A stretch of DNA of 32,000 nt from Breznakia blatticola. GTDB taxonomy: Bacteria > Bacillota_I > Bacilli_A > Erysipelotrichales > Erysipelotrichaceae. This document shows, in pieces, positions 1-9,097 of the stretch (the first letter of the stretch is position 1; each line of letters begins with the position of its first letter). The notes under the pieces were generated by a model, which did not search any database, was not told the origin of the DNA, and saw nothing but the letters and a program-made list of their open reading frames with translations. Where the stretch lies: contig NZ_SODD01000027.1 of assembly GCF_004365815.1 (NCBI RefSeq), forward strand, positions 1-32,000, written 5' to 3'. A program made the translations under genes and the position numbers.

Positions 1-299
1 CCATCACAAGAAATGCTTTAAAGACACATAAATTATTCAGTACTTATCAGTGATTTATCGAGACTTGGTATGCACTGGTTGAATTAAGCCTAAAAAAATA
101 CGTCGTAATGACGCATCTCTTGAATTTCATTTTGTTTGGTCTACATCCGTATCCTGCTAGAGATTTATCAAGATGTGTGCCTTACCATTTGCAATACTGG
201 TCTTGTATATAGTAAGAAAGCCAACACATGCAATTCATGTATATTATAGTGTAAACACTGTAAATAGCAATGCATATACCATAATTGCTTACTTGCGAT

Positions 300-743
300 C
301 TATGCTTCTTTTTCCTCGTCTCTTAGTGAGATGATATGTTTTTCAATCGCTTCAAAGCGTCCTGACATTTTCGCTTTGGCTGTAAATTCACGGAAACGAC
401 GAATGATCGCTTGAAATGAATTCTTTGAATTTACAACTTCTGTGTAATGTACTTTAATCTTGAATGGGCCTTTTTCTTCAATCTCGTGTTTGAAGTATTG
501 TTTTCCATCAGGTACATCCATTTCTAAAGCATAAGTTTTTCCATATTCAAATTCTGTGATGACCTTACGAGATATAAAGTTACCAGTTTTCAGTTGGTAC
601 GTTTGCTTGTAAGAAAATCCTTCTTTGATATCATTTGTACTCACACGCTTTTTTGTTGCTTTTGGCAATTCTTGAACAAAGCTGTTCACGATGAAATCAA
701 AGTATTCTTCTTTTGATATTTTTAACGTCTTACTTAACTTCAT
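300..743 (-). CDS. DUF3284-like small protein, function unknown (a family I recall from beta-glucoside/cellobiose loci of Firmicutes)
   Basis: 147-aa ORF. ATGA stop/start overlap with the upstream ROK gene at 740-743 suggests co-translation. Length and sequence pattern recalled as DUF3284; not verified by search. Confidence 0.55.
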   Translation of the reverse strand: MKLSKTLKISKEEYFDFIVNSFVQELPKATKKRVSTNDIKEGFSYKQTYQLKTGNFISRKVITEFEYGKTYALEMDVPDGKQYFKHEIEEKGPFKIKVHYTEVVNSKNSFQAIIRRFREFTAKAKMSGRFEAIEKHIISLRDEEKEA

Positions 744-1636
744 GCAACTACCTTTGTGAATGCAAGAGCAGCTGCTCCAATAAGACCACTATCTTCATCA
801 AGATTTGACTTTTGAATATTTACATATTGACGTAAATTATCAAATGTTTTTGTTTCTACACGACGTTGAATATCTTCAACAAAGCCGTCGATTTTTAACG
901 CTACACTTCCCCCAAGAATCACGATTTCTGGATCAAGTAAGCTCATTAAACTTGCAATACCATTTGCTAAATATTCTTTTGCGTCTTCCATAATTTCTTT
1001 AGCAATTGCATTTCCTTCAACTGCTAAATCATTCACTTCACCTGCATGTTTTACATCTAAACCTTTTTCCTTTGCACGATTGGTAATTGCTGTTCCACTA
1101 CTAATCGCTTCAATTCCACCTGGCTTGATAATTCCATGACTTGGTCCATTACGCCATAGTGGCATGTTTGCAATTTCATGTGCAAATCCATGTGCACCTT
1201 GATAGATTTCGCGGTTAATAACCAATCCTGCACCAACTCCTGTGGAAATCGTTAAGAAAGAAACATAACGGTAATCTTTACCTTTACCGATCGTTGCTTC
1301 TGCTAGTGTTGCTAAGTTTGCATCATTTTCTAGGAATACAGGTACACCCAATAATTTTTTCATTTCATCTGTCAGTTTAAAGAAATGCCAACCTGGAATA
1401 TTTGGCGAATCAAGAACTGCACCGTTAATTAAATCAAGTGGTCCTGGACAAGAAACTCCTGCACCGACGATATCCTTATTGAATGAATCGATACTTTCTT
1501 TAATTTTATGTAATGTGTTTTGTGGATCATGAATATCAGTTGCAAATTGCACGCGCTCTAACACTTCATATGCATCATTAATTAAAGCGACACGTGTATT
1601 TGTTCCCCCAATATCAATTCCTACTGCGTATTTCAT
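740..1636 (-). CDS. ROK-family sugar kinase, paralog A (no zinc-cysteine motif; possibly beta-glucoside-kinase-like)
   Basis: 298 aa. N-terminal ATP motif MKYAVGIDIGGTNTRVAL, plus ENDANLA and LTISTGVGAG. Strong RBS AGGAGGAG upstream of the ATG. Lacks the CxCGxxGCxE motif present in the glcK-like gene at 8111-9097. Confidence 0.85.
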   Translation of the reverse strand: MKYAVGIDIGGTNTRVALINDAYEVLERVQFATDIHDPQNTLHKIKESIDSFNKDIVGAGVSCPGPLDLINGAVLDSPNIPGWHFFKLTDEMKKLLGVPVFLENDANLATLAEATIGKGKDYRYVSFLTISTGVGAGLVINREIYQGAHGFAHEIANMPLWRNGPSHGIIKPGGIEAISSGTAITNRAKEKGLDVKHAGEVNDLAVEGNAIAKEIMEDAKEYLANGIASLMSLLDPEIVILGGSVALKIDGFVEDIQRRVETKTFDNLRQYVNIQKSNLDEDSGLIGAAALAFTKVVA

Positions 1637-1730
1637 ATTTCTCCTCCTATGATTAAGATGTCTGCCTCTATCATTATACGATAAATATGTGGAATACTCT
1701 ATACTTCATAAATGAAATATTAAGCAACAA

Positions 1731-1753
1731 AATAAAAAAGACCCGCAGGTCTT
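1731..1753 (-). terminator. Rho-independent terminator after ROK paralog B
   Basis: On the minus strand: AAGACC-tgcg-GGTCTT followed by TTTTATTTT. It lies directly downstream of the stop at 1772. Confidence 0.6.
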
Positions 1754-1771
1754 CCTTATCTAGTAGTTGTA

Positions 1772-2665
1772 TTATGCCTTTAGGAATGCAAGTGCTGCCG
1801 CTCCTAATAAACCACTATCTTCATTTAGGTTTGATGTTTCAATTTTAATGTATTTATCAAAACCTGGTAGTACTTTTGCTTTTACTAAAGCTTCAACTTC
1901 TTTTGTGAATCCTTCAATCTTTAAAGAAACACTTCCTCCAAGAATGAAGATATCTGGATCTTCAACTGCAAAAATCATCGCGATTGCATTTGCTAAATAT
2001 TCTTTTGCATCATCCATGATTTCTTTTGCAATTGCATTTCCAGCAACTGCTAAGTCATTTACTTCTCCAGCATGTGCAACCTCTAAACCAAGTGCGCGTG
2101 CACGATTGGTAATTGCGGTTCCACTACTGATTGCCTCTAATGCTCCACTTGCTAAAATAGAATGTTTTGGTCCATCTTTCCACATGATCATGTTACAAAC
2201 TTCATTTGCCTGTCCGTGTGCACCTTGAATGATTTGTTTATCTACAACATAACCAGAACCAATCCCTGTTGAGATCGTTAAAAAATGAACGAAGCGATAT
2301 GACTTTCCTTTTCCAACGGTTGCTTCTGCTAAACATGCTAAGTTTGCATCGTTTTCTAAATAAACGGATACACCATAGCGTTTTTCCATTTCTGCAACAA
2401 TTGGATAATGAAACCAGTTTTCCCCTAAATTCACTGCCATACCAATTTTTCCATTGATCAAGTCCATTGGACCTGCACAAGATAATCCAACACCAACAAT
2501 GTCATGACCAAAATCGGAAATGGCTTTTCCAATGGAATCAAGCATCACACTAGGATCTGCTTTTTCTGTTGGAAACTCAACACGTTTTGTAATTGTATAA
2601 TTTTCATCAACAAGTGCAATTCTCGTGTTGGTTCCCCCAATATCTATTCCTACCGCATATTTCAT
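1772..2665 (-). CDS. ROK-family sugar kinase, paralog B (no zinc-cysteine motif)
   Basis: 297 aa with the same N-terminus (MKYAVGIDIGGTNTRIAL), plus ENDANLA and LTISTGIGSG. Colinear with paralog A along the full length. Confidence 0.85.
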   Translation of the reverse strand: MKYAVGIDIGGTNTRIALVDENYTITKRVEFPTEKADPSVMLDSIGKAISDFGHDIVGVGLSCAGPMDLINGKIGMAVNLGENWFHYPIVAEMEKRYGVSVYLENDANLACLAEATVGKGKSYRFVHFLTISTGIGSGYVVDKQIIQGAHGQANEVCNMIMWKDGPKHSILASGALEAISSGTAITNRARALGLEVAHAGEVNDLAVAGNAIAKEIMDDAKEYLANAIAMIFAVEDPDIFILGGSVSLKIEGFTKEVEALVKAKVLPGFDKYIKIETSNLNEDSGLLGAAALAFLKA

Positions 2666-2760
2666 CTGAGTACCTACCCTTCATCCTTTTTATAACATAG
2701 AAAAAGAGCAAACACAATACTTGGTATATACCAATGTTGTATTTCCTCTTTTTTTCGTGT

Positions 2761-3402
2761 TTATTCGTTAATATATGGCTCAATTAAGGATGCAAACTTA
2801 TCATATCCTTTTTTGCTTAGATGAAGTCCATCTGTTGTATATTCTGGATTCATCTCTCCATCTTTTAAGAATTCTGGATACATATCAATGTATTTAACAA
2901 CTGCTCCATCAAAGTTTAATGCAAGTTCTTTATACTCTTGACCTAGTAACCATAACGAACGATTATTACGGTTACGTGTAATTTTCTCTTTAGAGACAGG
3001 TAGTGGTGAAACAATATAAATTTGATCAATATGATAATTACGTTCAAAAATCGCAAGTAGATTATTTACGTTAAAGGCGATATCTAATACATCACCTTGA
3101 TGTGCATGTCCTGCTACATGTTTTCCATGTTCTTCATTTAAATCATTTGTTCCAATCATCAAGAATAATTTATTTGGTTTGTATAGTTTAATTGCATAGT
3201 CATGTAAATATAGTAACTGATGACTTGTTGCTCCATCCAATCCATTGTTGTAGATATGTGCATTTGGAAAATAATGCGCATTATCAAATCCATATAAAAT
3301 TGAATGCCCAAATAATACAGTTTCGCCTGGAGTTGCTCCATAGCCACGATCTTGAATCTCTTTTACTCTATCTTGTTGATAGTCAAAATACACGTTTTCC
3401 AT
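2761..3402 (-). CDS. SGNH/GDSL-family hydrolase (esterase/lipase-like)
   Basis: 213 aa with SGNH blocks: FGHSI (Ser), NNGLDG (Gly), IGTND (Asn), DGLHLS (Asp-x-x-His). Its start overlaps the tex stop (TAATG at 3402). Confidence 0.8.
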   Translation of the reverse strand: MENVYFDYQQDRVKEIQDRGYGATPGETVLFGHSILYGFDNAHYFPNAHIYNNGLDGATSHQLLYLHDYAIKLYKPNKLFLMIGTNDLNEEHGKHVAGHAHQGDVLDIAFNVNNLLAIFERNYHIDQIYIVSPLPVSKEKITRNRNNRSLWLLGQEYKELALNFDGAVVKYIDMYPEFLKDGEMNPEYTTDGLHLSKKGYDKFASLIEPYINE

Positions 3403-5540
3403 TATTTCCCCCTTATGGTTAATTGCACTTTGTGCTTTTCTTCATCCTTTTTATAAACCCATACCTTAATAATATCACCAACACTTACTACATCGCTAGG
3501 GTGATTGATGCGACGTTCACTCAATTGCGAAATGTGAACAAGTCCATCCTCCTTTAATCCTATATCAACAAAGGCCCCAAAGTCCACTACATTACGCACA
3601 ACTCCTTCAAAAACATCACCCACTTTGATATCTTCAAAGGATAATACGTCTTGACGTAATAATGGTGCATCATATTTATCACGATAATCACGAAGTGGCA
3701 TCGTAATGGCATCCAGTATGTCATCGAGTGTATATGCATCTGTTTCAACAGTAGTTGCTAAAGTTGTACGGTTGCAATTTTGAATGGCTTCTTTTGCTTT
3801 ATCTGTACCCATATCACTAACTTCTAGTCGAAGTTCTTGTAATACCTTTTTTGCTACATCATAACTTTCTGGGTGAATTGCAGTACGGTCTAATGGTTGT
3901 TTTCCATCTTCAATACGCAAGAAACCAGCAGCTTGTTCAAATGCTTTGGGTCCAATTTTTGGAATCTTTTTAATTTGTGTACGTGAAAGAATTGGTCCTT
4001 CTTTTTCACGATAATCAACAATGCTTTTTGCACTTGCTAGAGTTAATCCAGCAACGTTACTCAACAAAGTAGCACTTGCTTGGTTAATATTAACACCAAC
4101 TAAGTTTACTGCTTTTTCAACAACGAAATTCAAACGTTCTTTTAATTTACTTACAGGCAAATCGTGTTGATATTGTCCAACCCCAATACTTTGTGGATCA
4201 ATTTTAATTAACTCACTTAATGGATCAAGTAATCGTCTTGCAATGGAAATTGCACTACGTTCTTCAACATGTAGTTTTGGAAATTCTTCAATTGCTAGTT
4301 TACTCGCACTATACACTGAAGCACCTGCTTCACTGACAAGCGTAAAGGCAACTGGTAAATTGTAATCCTTAATTACTTGTGAGACAAAACGCTCACTTTC
4401 TCTACTTGCAGTACCATTTCCAATCGCAATTAAATCAATGTTGTATTTCTTTACAAGATCTACAAGTGTTTTTGTTGCTTCTTTTACTTTATTTACTGGT
4501 TGATGTGGATAGATGACTGCAATTGTTTCCATCTTTCCTGTATCATTAACAACCGCTAGTTTACAACCGGTACGAAAAGCAGGATCAAAACCAAGAATCG
4601 TTTTGTTTTTCATCGGTGGTTGTAGTAATAGTTTTTCTAAGTTAAGTGAGAAAACATCGATACTTGCATCGTGTGCTTTTTCACTAAGTTCACTTCGTAC
4701 CATACGCTCGATACTTGGAAAAGCCAAACGTTTGCATCCATCCAAAATCGCTTCTTTTACATAGTCTACAGTTGCTGATTGCTCCCATTTGGCAAAGCGT
4801 GTAAATAACCAGTTTTGAATATACTCTTCATTGATTTCAATATTTACACTTATCACTTTTTCTTTTTCGGCACGATCAATTGCCATTACATTATGTGGTT
4901 GTAAACTTGATACACGTCCTTCAAATGCATAATACATTTGATAGACTTTCTTTTCATCTTCTGCATCTTTCTTAATCTTTGTGACAAGTTTTCCATAATT
5001 CGCCATAGAGTCATAAATCTTATTACGTACATTTTGTTTATCTGTGATCTTCTCAGCAATAATGTCTTTTGCCCCTTGAATAATCGCTTCTTTATCTGGG
5101 TATGCTTCACACGCATATGCTAGAATTTCATCATCCTGTAGGGTTCTTGGTAATTTCAAAAATACGTTTGCAAGAGGTTCAAGTCCTGCTGCAATCGCTA
5201 GACCAGCTCTTGTTTTCTTTTTTTGTTTATATGGACGATAAATATCTTCCACCTGACTTAGTTTTGTTGCTTCTTTAATTTCAGCAACAATTGCATCAGT
5301 TAATTTCCCTTTTTCTTCAATTAAACGTAGAACATCTTCTTTACGTTTCTCAAGTTGTACTTGATAGTTGTACATTTCACTCAATTCACGAATTTGCTCT
5401 TCATCTAATCCTTTTGTCATCTCTTTACGATATCTTGCAATAAAAGGAACTGTATTTCCTTCTTCAAGAAGCGTAAGGGTTGTTTGCACTTGTGCTTCTG
5501 ATATTTGTAGTTGCTTTGCAACTGCTTCTATTTGATTCAT
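3402..5540 (-). CDS. tex: Tex-like transcription accessory protein (S1 RNA-binding domain)
   Basis: 712 aa with N-terminal FIARYRKE motif, central YqgF-like and helix-hairpin-helix regions, and a C-terminal S1 domain (GVVRNVVDFGAFVDIG...GLVHISQL). ATGA overlap with the pepT stop at 5537-5540. Confidence 0.95.
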   Translation of the reverse strand: MNQIEAVAKQLQISEAQVQTTLTLLEEGNTVPFIARYRKEMTKGLDEEQIRELSEMYNYQVQLEKRKEDVLRLIEEKGKLTDAIVAEIKEATKLSQVEDIYRPYKQKKKTRAGLAIAAGLEPLANVFLKLPRTLQDDEILAYACEAYPDKEAIIQGAKDIIAEKITDKQNVRNKIYDSMANYGKLVTKIKKDAEDEKKVYQMYYAFEGRVSSLQPHNVMAIDRAEKEKVISVNIEINEEYIQNWLFTRFAKWEQSATVDYVKEAILDGCKRLAFPSIERMVRSELSEKAHDASIDVFSLNLEKLLLQPPMKNKTILGFDPAFRTGCKLAVVNDTGKMETIAVIYPHQPVNKVKEATKTLVDLVKKYNIDLIAIGNGTASRESERFVSQVIKDYNLPVAFTLVSEAGASVYSASKLAIEEFPKLHVEERSAISIARRLLDPLSELIKIDPQSIGVGQYQHDLPVSKLKERLNFVVEKAVNLVGVNINQASATLLSNVAGLTLASAKSIVDYREKEGPILSRTQIKKIPKIGPKAFEQAAGFLRIEDGKQPLDRTAIHPESYDVAKKVLQELRLEVSDMGTDKAKEAIQNCNRTTLATTVETDAYTLDDILDAITMPLRDYRDKYDAPLLRQDVLSFEDIKVGDVFEGVVRNVVDFGAFVDIGLKEDGLVHISQLSERRINHPSDVVSVGDIIKVWVYKKDEEKHKVQLTIRGK

Positions 5541-6763
5541 ATATTCTCCACTTTACTTGTCATTACATTTTTTAAAATTTCTACCATTTGCTTCATTTCA
5601 TCAATACAAAGGTATTCATATTTTCCATGGAAGTTATCTCCACCAGTACCTAAGTTTGGCGTCAATAATCCTTCATTAGATAAACGAGCTCCATCTGTTC
5701 CTCCACGAATTGGTTCATAGTGAACAGGAATCCCCATATCTTGCATCACCATACGGACATCATCCACAATATACATGTGATCTTTAAATAGTTCTGCCAT
5801 ATTGTAGTAACTATCTTCAATATCCACTTTGATGGTGTTTTTACCGTATGTAGCATTCATTGCATCTTGAATTGCGTAAAAATCTTGTTTTTGTGCTTCA
5901 AATTTCTCACGACTGTGATTGCGAATAATATATTCCAATGTTGCATACTCACTTTGTCCATTAAATAAAGTTAAGTGATTGAATCCTTCATAACCTTCGG
6001 TTTTTGCTGGATCTAAATCAAGTGGTAATGCCATATGGAATTCCATCGCTAGTTTACTTGCATTAAGTAGTTTATCTTTTGCACTTCCTGGATGGATGCT
6101 ATTTCCTTGTACATGTACTTTTGCACTTGCCGCATTGAAGTTTTCAAAGCTGATCACATTAATTTCAGCACCATCAATTGTATATGCATAATCTGCATCT
6201 ACTTTTTTTACATCAACATGATCTGCTCCATGTCCAATTTCTTCATCTGGTGTAAAGATAACTTTAATCGTTGGATGCTTAACATCGGGATGTTCTACAT
6301 AATACTGAATCAAATCCATAATAATACTTATCCCAGCTTTATCATCAGCACCAAGTAATGTTGTTCCATCGGTTACTAAAAGATCTTTTCCAATACAACG
6401 TTCCAAACTTGGAAACATTTTTGGATCCATTGTAATTTGTTCTTTCTCGTTTAAAACGATTGTCGAACCATCATAGTTTGTAATCAATCGTGGATGTACA
6501 TGTTTTCCACTCATATCACTACTTGTATCCATATGTGCAATTAAACCAATACAATCCACATCGTGTTCAACATTTTTTTCTAGTGTTGCATACACAACCC
6601 CATATTCACTTGTATACACATCAAGTAATCCAAACGCATTAAGTTGTTCTTCCAAGACCTTGGCTAACTCCAATTGACTTGCAGTTGAAGGAATACTTGT
6701 ACTCATTGGATCAGATGTTGTTTCCATTTTTGCATATGCAATAAAACGATCTACTATATTCAT
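5537..6763 (-). CDS. pepT: Peptidase T (M20B tripeptide aminopeptidase)
   Basis: Motifs HMDT, GADDKAG, FTPDEEIGHG and PIRGGTDG. I moved the start to the ATG at 6763 (MNIVDRF) because GGAAGG lies 7 nt upstream. The ORF-track start at 6778 is a TTG with no spacing to that RBS. Confidence 0.92.
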   Translation of the reverse strand: MNIVDRFIAYAKMETTSDPMSTSIPSTASQLELAKVLEEQLNAFGLLDVYTSEYGVVYATLEKNVEHDVDCIGLIAHMDTSSDMSGKHVHPRLITNYDGSTIVLNEKEQITMDPKMFPSLERCIGKDLLVTDGTTLLGADDKAGISIIMDLIQYYVEHPDVKHPTIKVIFTPDEEIGHGADHVDVKKVDADYAYTIDGAEINVISFENFNAASAKVHVQGNSIHPGSAKDKLLNASKLAMEFHMALPLDLDPAKTEGYEGFNHLTLFNGQSEYATLEYIIRNHSREKFEAQKQDFYAIQDAMNATYGKNTIKVDIEDSYYNMAELFKDHMYIVDDVRMVMQDMGIPVHYEPIRGGTDGARLSNEGLLTPNLGTGGDNFHGKYEYLCIDEMKQMVEILKNVMTSKVENI

Positions 6764-6889
6764 TTTCATACCTTCCAATTCATTTTTAACTACTGTTAAT
6801 TTCCTTATGTAATTCCTTTGTTTTTATACATAAGGACTACGTTTTTATTATACGATAATTTCGATAAAAGTGGTAAAAATGCTTGTAAA

Positions 6890-6898
6890 TGTTATACT
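6890..6898 (+). promoter_or_regulatory. Candidate extended -10 element (TGTTATACT), 6 nt upstream of the ATG at 6905
   Basis: TGnTATACT is seen directly. No Shine-Dalgarno lies between it and the ATG, so a leaderless transcript is possible. No good -35 element. Confidence 0.25.
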
Positions 6899-6904
6899 AA
6901 ATAT

Positions 6905-7612
6905 ATGAAAACATTATTACTAGCTGGAGAAATCACAGATTTCTTAAATGAGTTGTTTAACATCATCGATATTGAAGACATATTTAGCTTGATCTTTTTT
7001 ATCGTTGTAATGGTTGGAATTGTATCGAGTTCAAGCAAGAAAAAGAAACAACAGCAAATGAAATATCAAACGACTTATGTACCAAAGGAAATGAAACGCC
7101 AAAATGTACAAGTGGATTTAACAAGCAAAAGAAAAAGTGCACCTAGAGAAAAAAGTAAAGGTGCTGAAAAGAAAGGGATTTTCGCTCAAATTGCACAGTC
7201 GATTCAAGCTGGAATTGAAGAAGCAAATGCTGAAGCAAACAAGAAAAAAGCGAGCTTATATAAACCAAATCAAAGAGTGCAAGTAGATGTGACAAATCAT
7301 CAAATTTCAGATGAGCAACAAGACTTATATGAAGAAAGAAATCAAGCATATGAAGTACGCAAGAGATTTGAAAAAAACCATGCAAAAGCAGATAAGCAAA
7401 GTATTTTAGATACAACTATGGATGCACACGAACAAAACGTTCTTGATGCAGAAACTGCATACACCGCTGCATATGATTCACGAATAAGTAATGAATATCA
7501 AATGTTTGCTTGGGAACCTATTGTTCCTAAAGAAGCAATGGCTGCTGAGCCCGCAATAGAAGCAGAACCAGCACTATCCGTAGATGAAGAAAAAGGTTGG
7601 ATTATTATTTAA
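6905..7612 (+). CDS. Hypothetical membrane-anchored protein with a long Lys/Glu/Gln/Ala-rich low-complexity tail
   Basis: The only plus-strand ORF that does not shadow another gene. One hydrophobic helix (IFSLIFFIVVMVGIV) is followed by SSSSKKKKQQQ and a charged region. No family recognised. Start chosen at ATG 6905 because the TTG at 6818 has no RBS. Confidence 0.5.
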   Translation: MKTLLLAGEITDFLNELFNIIDIEDIFSLIFFIVVMVGIVSSSSKKKKQQQMKYQTTYVPKEMKRQNVQVDLTSKRKSAPREKSKGAEKKGIFAQIAQSIQAGIEEANAEANKKKASLYKPNQRVQVDVTNHQISDEQQDLYEERNQAYEVRKRFEKNHAKADKQSILDTTMDAHEQNVLDAETAYTAAYDSRISNEYQMFAWEPIVPKEAMAAEPAIEAEPALSVDEEKGWIII

Positions 7613-7626
7613 TAATCCAGCCTTTT
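7591..7626. terminator. Bidirectional hairpin terminator between convergent genes
   Basis: AAAAGGTTGGATTA (7591-7604) pairs with TAATCCAGCCTTTT (7613-7626), giving a 14-bp stem with one G-U. T-rich runs follow on both strands. It sits between the plus-strand gene end (7612) and the EIIA-Glc end (7639). Confidence 0.6.
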
Positions 7627-7638
7627 ATTTTGATGATT

Positions 7639-8127
7639 CTACTTTGTGATTAAACCAACAGTTTCTTGATTTGTGACATCTGTTGTTTCATGAAGTTGAA
7701 TCATAGCATCATCATCCATATTTGTCACAACTACAATGACAGTGGGGTCAATTTGTAATTGTTCCAACATCGCTAAGTCCATTTCGACTAGTGTTGTTGA
7801 TGCCTTAACTTTTTGGTTTTCTTTAATGAATATTTCAAATGGTTTACCGTTTAAATCAACCGTATTGATACCAATGTGTAAAATGACTTCATCGCCATTA
7901 TCTGATAGGATTCCGATTGCGTGTTTCGTTGGAAAAATACTGATAATTTTTCCTGAAACCGGTGAGGTAATGGTTCCATTTTTAGGATACACCGCATATC
8001 CATCTCCCATCATTTTCTGAGAAAACATTGGATCATTGACATCTTCAATATGCATTAACTTTCCAGATGCAGGAGAATACAAAGTCGTCGTATCGCTTAC
8101 ATCTCTTTTTTTAAAAATTCTCATCAT
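7639..8127 (-). CDS. PTS glucose-family EIIA component (EIIA-Glc type)
   Basis: 162 aa with GDGYAV, HAIGI and ILHIGINTV histidine motifs typical of PTS_EIIA_1. RBS GGAGAA lies 8 nt upstream. It overlaps the glcK end by 17 nt. Confidence 0.9.
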   Translation of the reverse strand: MMRIFKKRDVSDTTTLYSPASGKLMHIEDVNDPMFSQKMMGDGYAVYPKNGTITSPVSGKIISIFPTKHAIGILSDNGDEVILHIGINTVDLNGKPFEIFIKENQKVKASTTLVEMDLAMLEQLQIDPTVIVVVTNMDDDAMIQLHETTDVTNQETVGLITK

Positions 8128-9097
8128 ACTTTGCTTCTCCTTGAATTACCATTTGTGCTGCACCTGTTATCCCAGCATCATTACCAAGTGTGGCAAGTTT
8201 TATATCTGTTGATTGTCGAACAAGTGGAAATGCTACTTTTTCAAACACGCTTACAATTTTATGAAGTAGTATATTTCCTGCCTGTGATACGCCACCACCG
8301 ATAATCACGCTTTCTGGGTTTACTATATTGGCAATATTTGCACAAGCGACTCCAAGATCGTACGTAATTACATCTACGCCCTTGCATGCGAGCTTGTCAT
8401 TTTCTTTTACCAGATCAAACACGAGTTTCGCTGTTATTTCTTCATCATTTTCGATTGCTTTTTGAAGCTTTGAATCTTCCATAAATGTTTTACTTTCTAC
8501 ATATGCAACATTCACAATTCCAGTTGCACTTGCCACTGTTTCTAAACAGTTTTCATTACCACATGTACAAGTGAAACCATAATTTAAACTACTGTGTAAG
8601 TGCCCGATTTCTCCTGCACTATTTGCTGTTCCTGTAAGTATAGAATTGTTTATAACAACACCGCCACCGACTCCAGTACCTAGTGTAATAAATACGATAT
8701 TTGATGCATGACTTACACTTGCTTCCCCATACGCTGCACAGTTTGCATCATTGGTAAGATAAAGTGGCACATCTAAATCATATTGTTGGAATGTTTTACG
8801 GATATCCTGTGTTTTTGCCCATCCAAGGTTAAATGCATTTTTTACAGTTCCCTCTTCTTGGCTAACCACTCCAGGTGCACCTATTCCAATCCCTAATAGT
8901 TGTTTACTTGTATAGTTTTTGTCGACTAATGTTGAAAGGATTGACTTACACATATTTGGAACAATTTGTTTTCCTGCTTCGTTAGTGTCTGTTGGAATTG
9001 TCCAAGTTTCTAAACAAGTTCCTTCACTTGTATACATTCCAAACTTCGTAGTTGTTCCACCTAAGTCAATTCCAATTACGATATCTTTTTCATTCAT
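8111..9097 (-). CDS. glcK: ROK-family glucokinase
   Basis: Colinear with recalled Bacillus GlcK: GIDLGGTT, GIGAPG, NLGW, NDANCAAYGE, LGTGVGGG, GEIGH, zinc motif CTCGNENCLE, LGNDAG. Start set at ATG 9097 (MNEKDIVIGIDLGGT), an 8-nt overlap with the upstream gene's stop. Confidence 0.9.
   Translation of the reverse strand: MNEKDIVIGIDLGGTTTKFGMYTSEGTCLETWTIPTDTNEAGKQIVPNMCKSILSTLVDKNYTSKQLLGIGIGAPGVVSQEEGTVKNAFNLGWAKTQDIRKTFQQYDLDVPLYLTNDANCAAYGEASVSHASNIVFITLGTGVGGGVVINNSILTGTANSAGEIGHLHSSLNYGFTCTCGNENCLETVASATGIVNVAYVESKTFMEDSKLQKAIENDEEITAKLVFDLVKENDKLACKGVDVITYDLGVACANIANIVNPESVIIGGGVSQAGNILLHKIVSVFEKVAFPLVRQSTDIKLATLGNDAGITGAAQMVIQGEAKYDENF

Noticed and set aside
1-299. The non-coding left edge, checked for a tRNA, a small RNA, a gene remnant or a terminator.
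   Set aside because: There is no ORF of 60 aa or more and no tRNA-like conserved arms. Only weak 4-6 bp hairpins occur (for example CGTC/GACG near 100-115 before a T-run on the minus strand). That is too weak to call.
1767-2228. 153-aa plus-strand ORF. Similar long antisense ORFs occur at 805-993, 4513-4764, 7736-8020, 8919-9266, 16958-17401, 25769-26317 and 26648-27103.
   Set aside because: All lie entirely inside, and antisense to, well-supported minus-strand genes with clear family motifs. Their translations are low-complexity or hydrophobic mirror images with no RBS, which makes them typical shadow ORFs.
6818-6904. TTG-initiated extension of the plus-strand orphan ORF, and likewise the TTG start of pepT at 6778.
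   Set aside because: No RBS supports either TTG. The internal ATGs have better context: GGAAGG for pepT, and an extended -10/leaderless geometry for the orphan.
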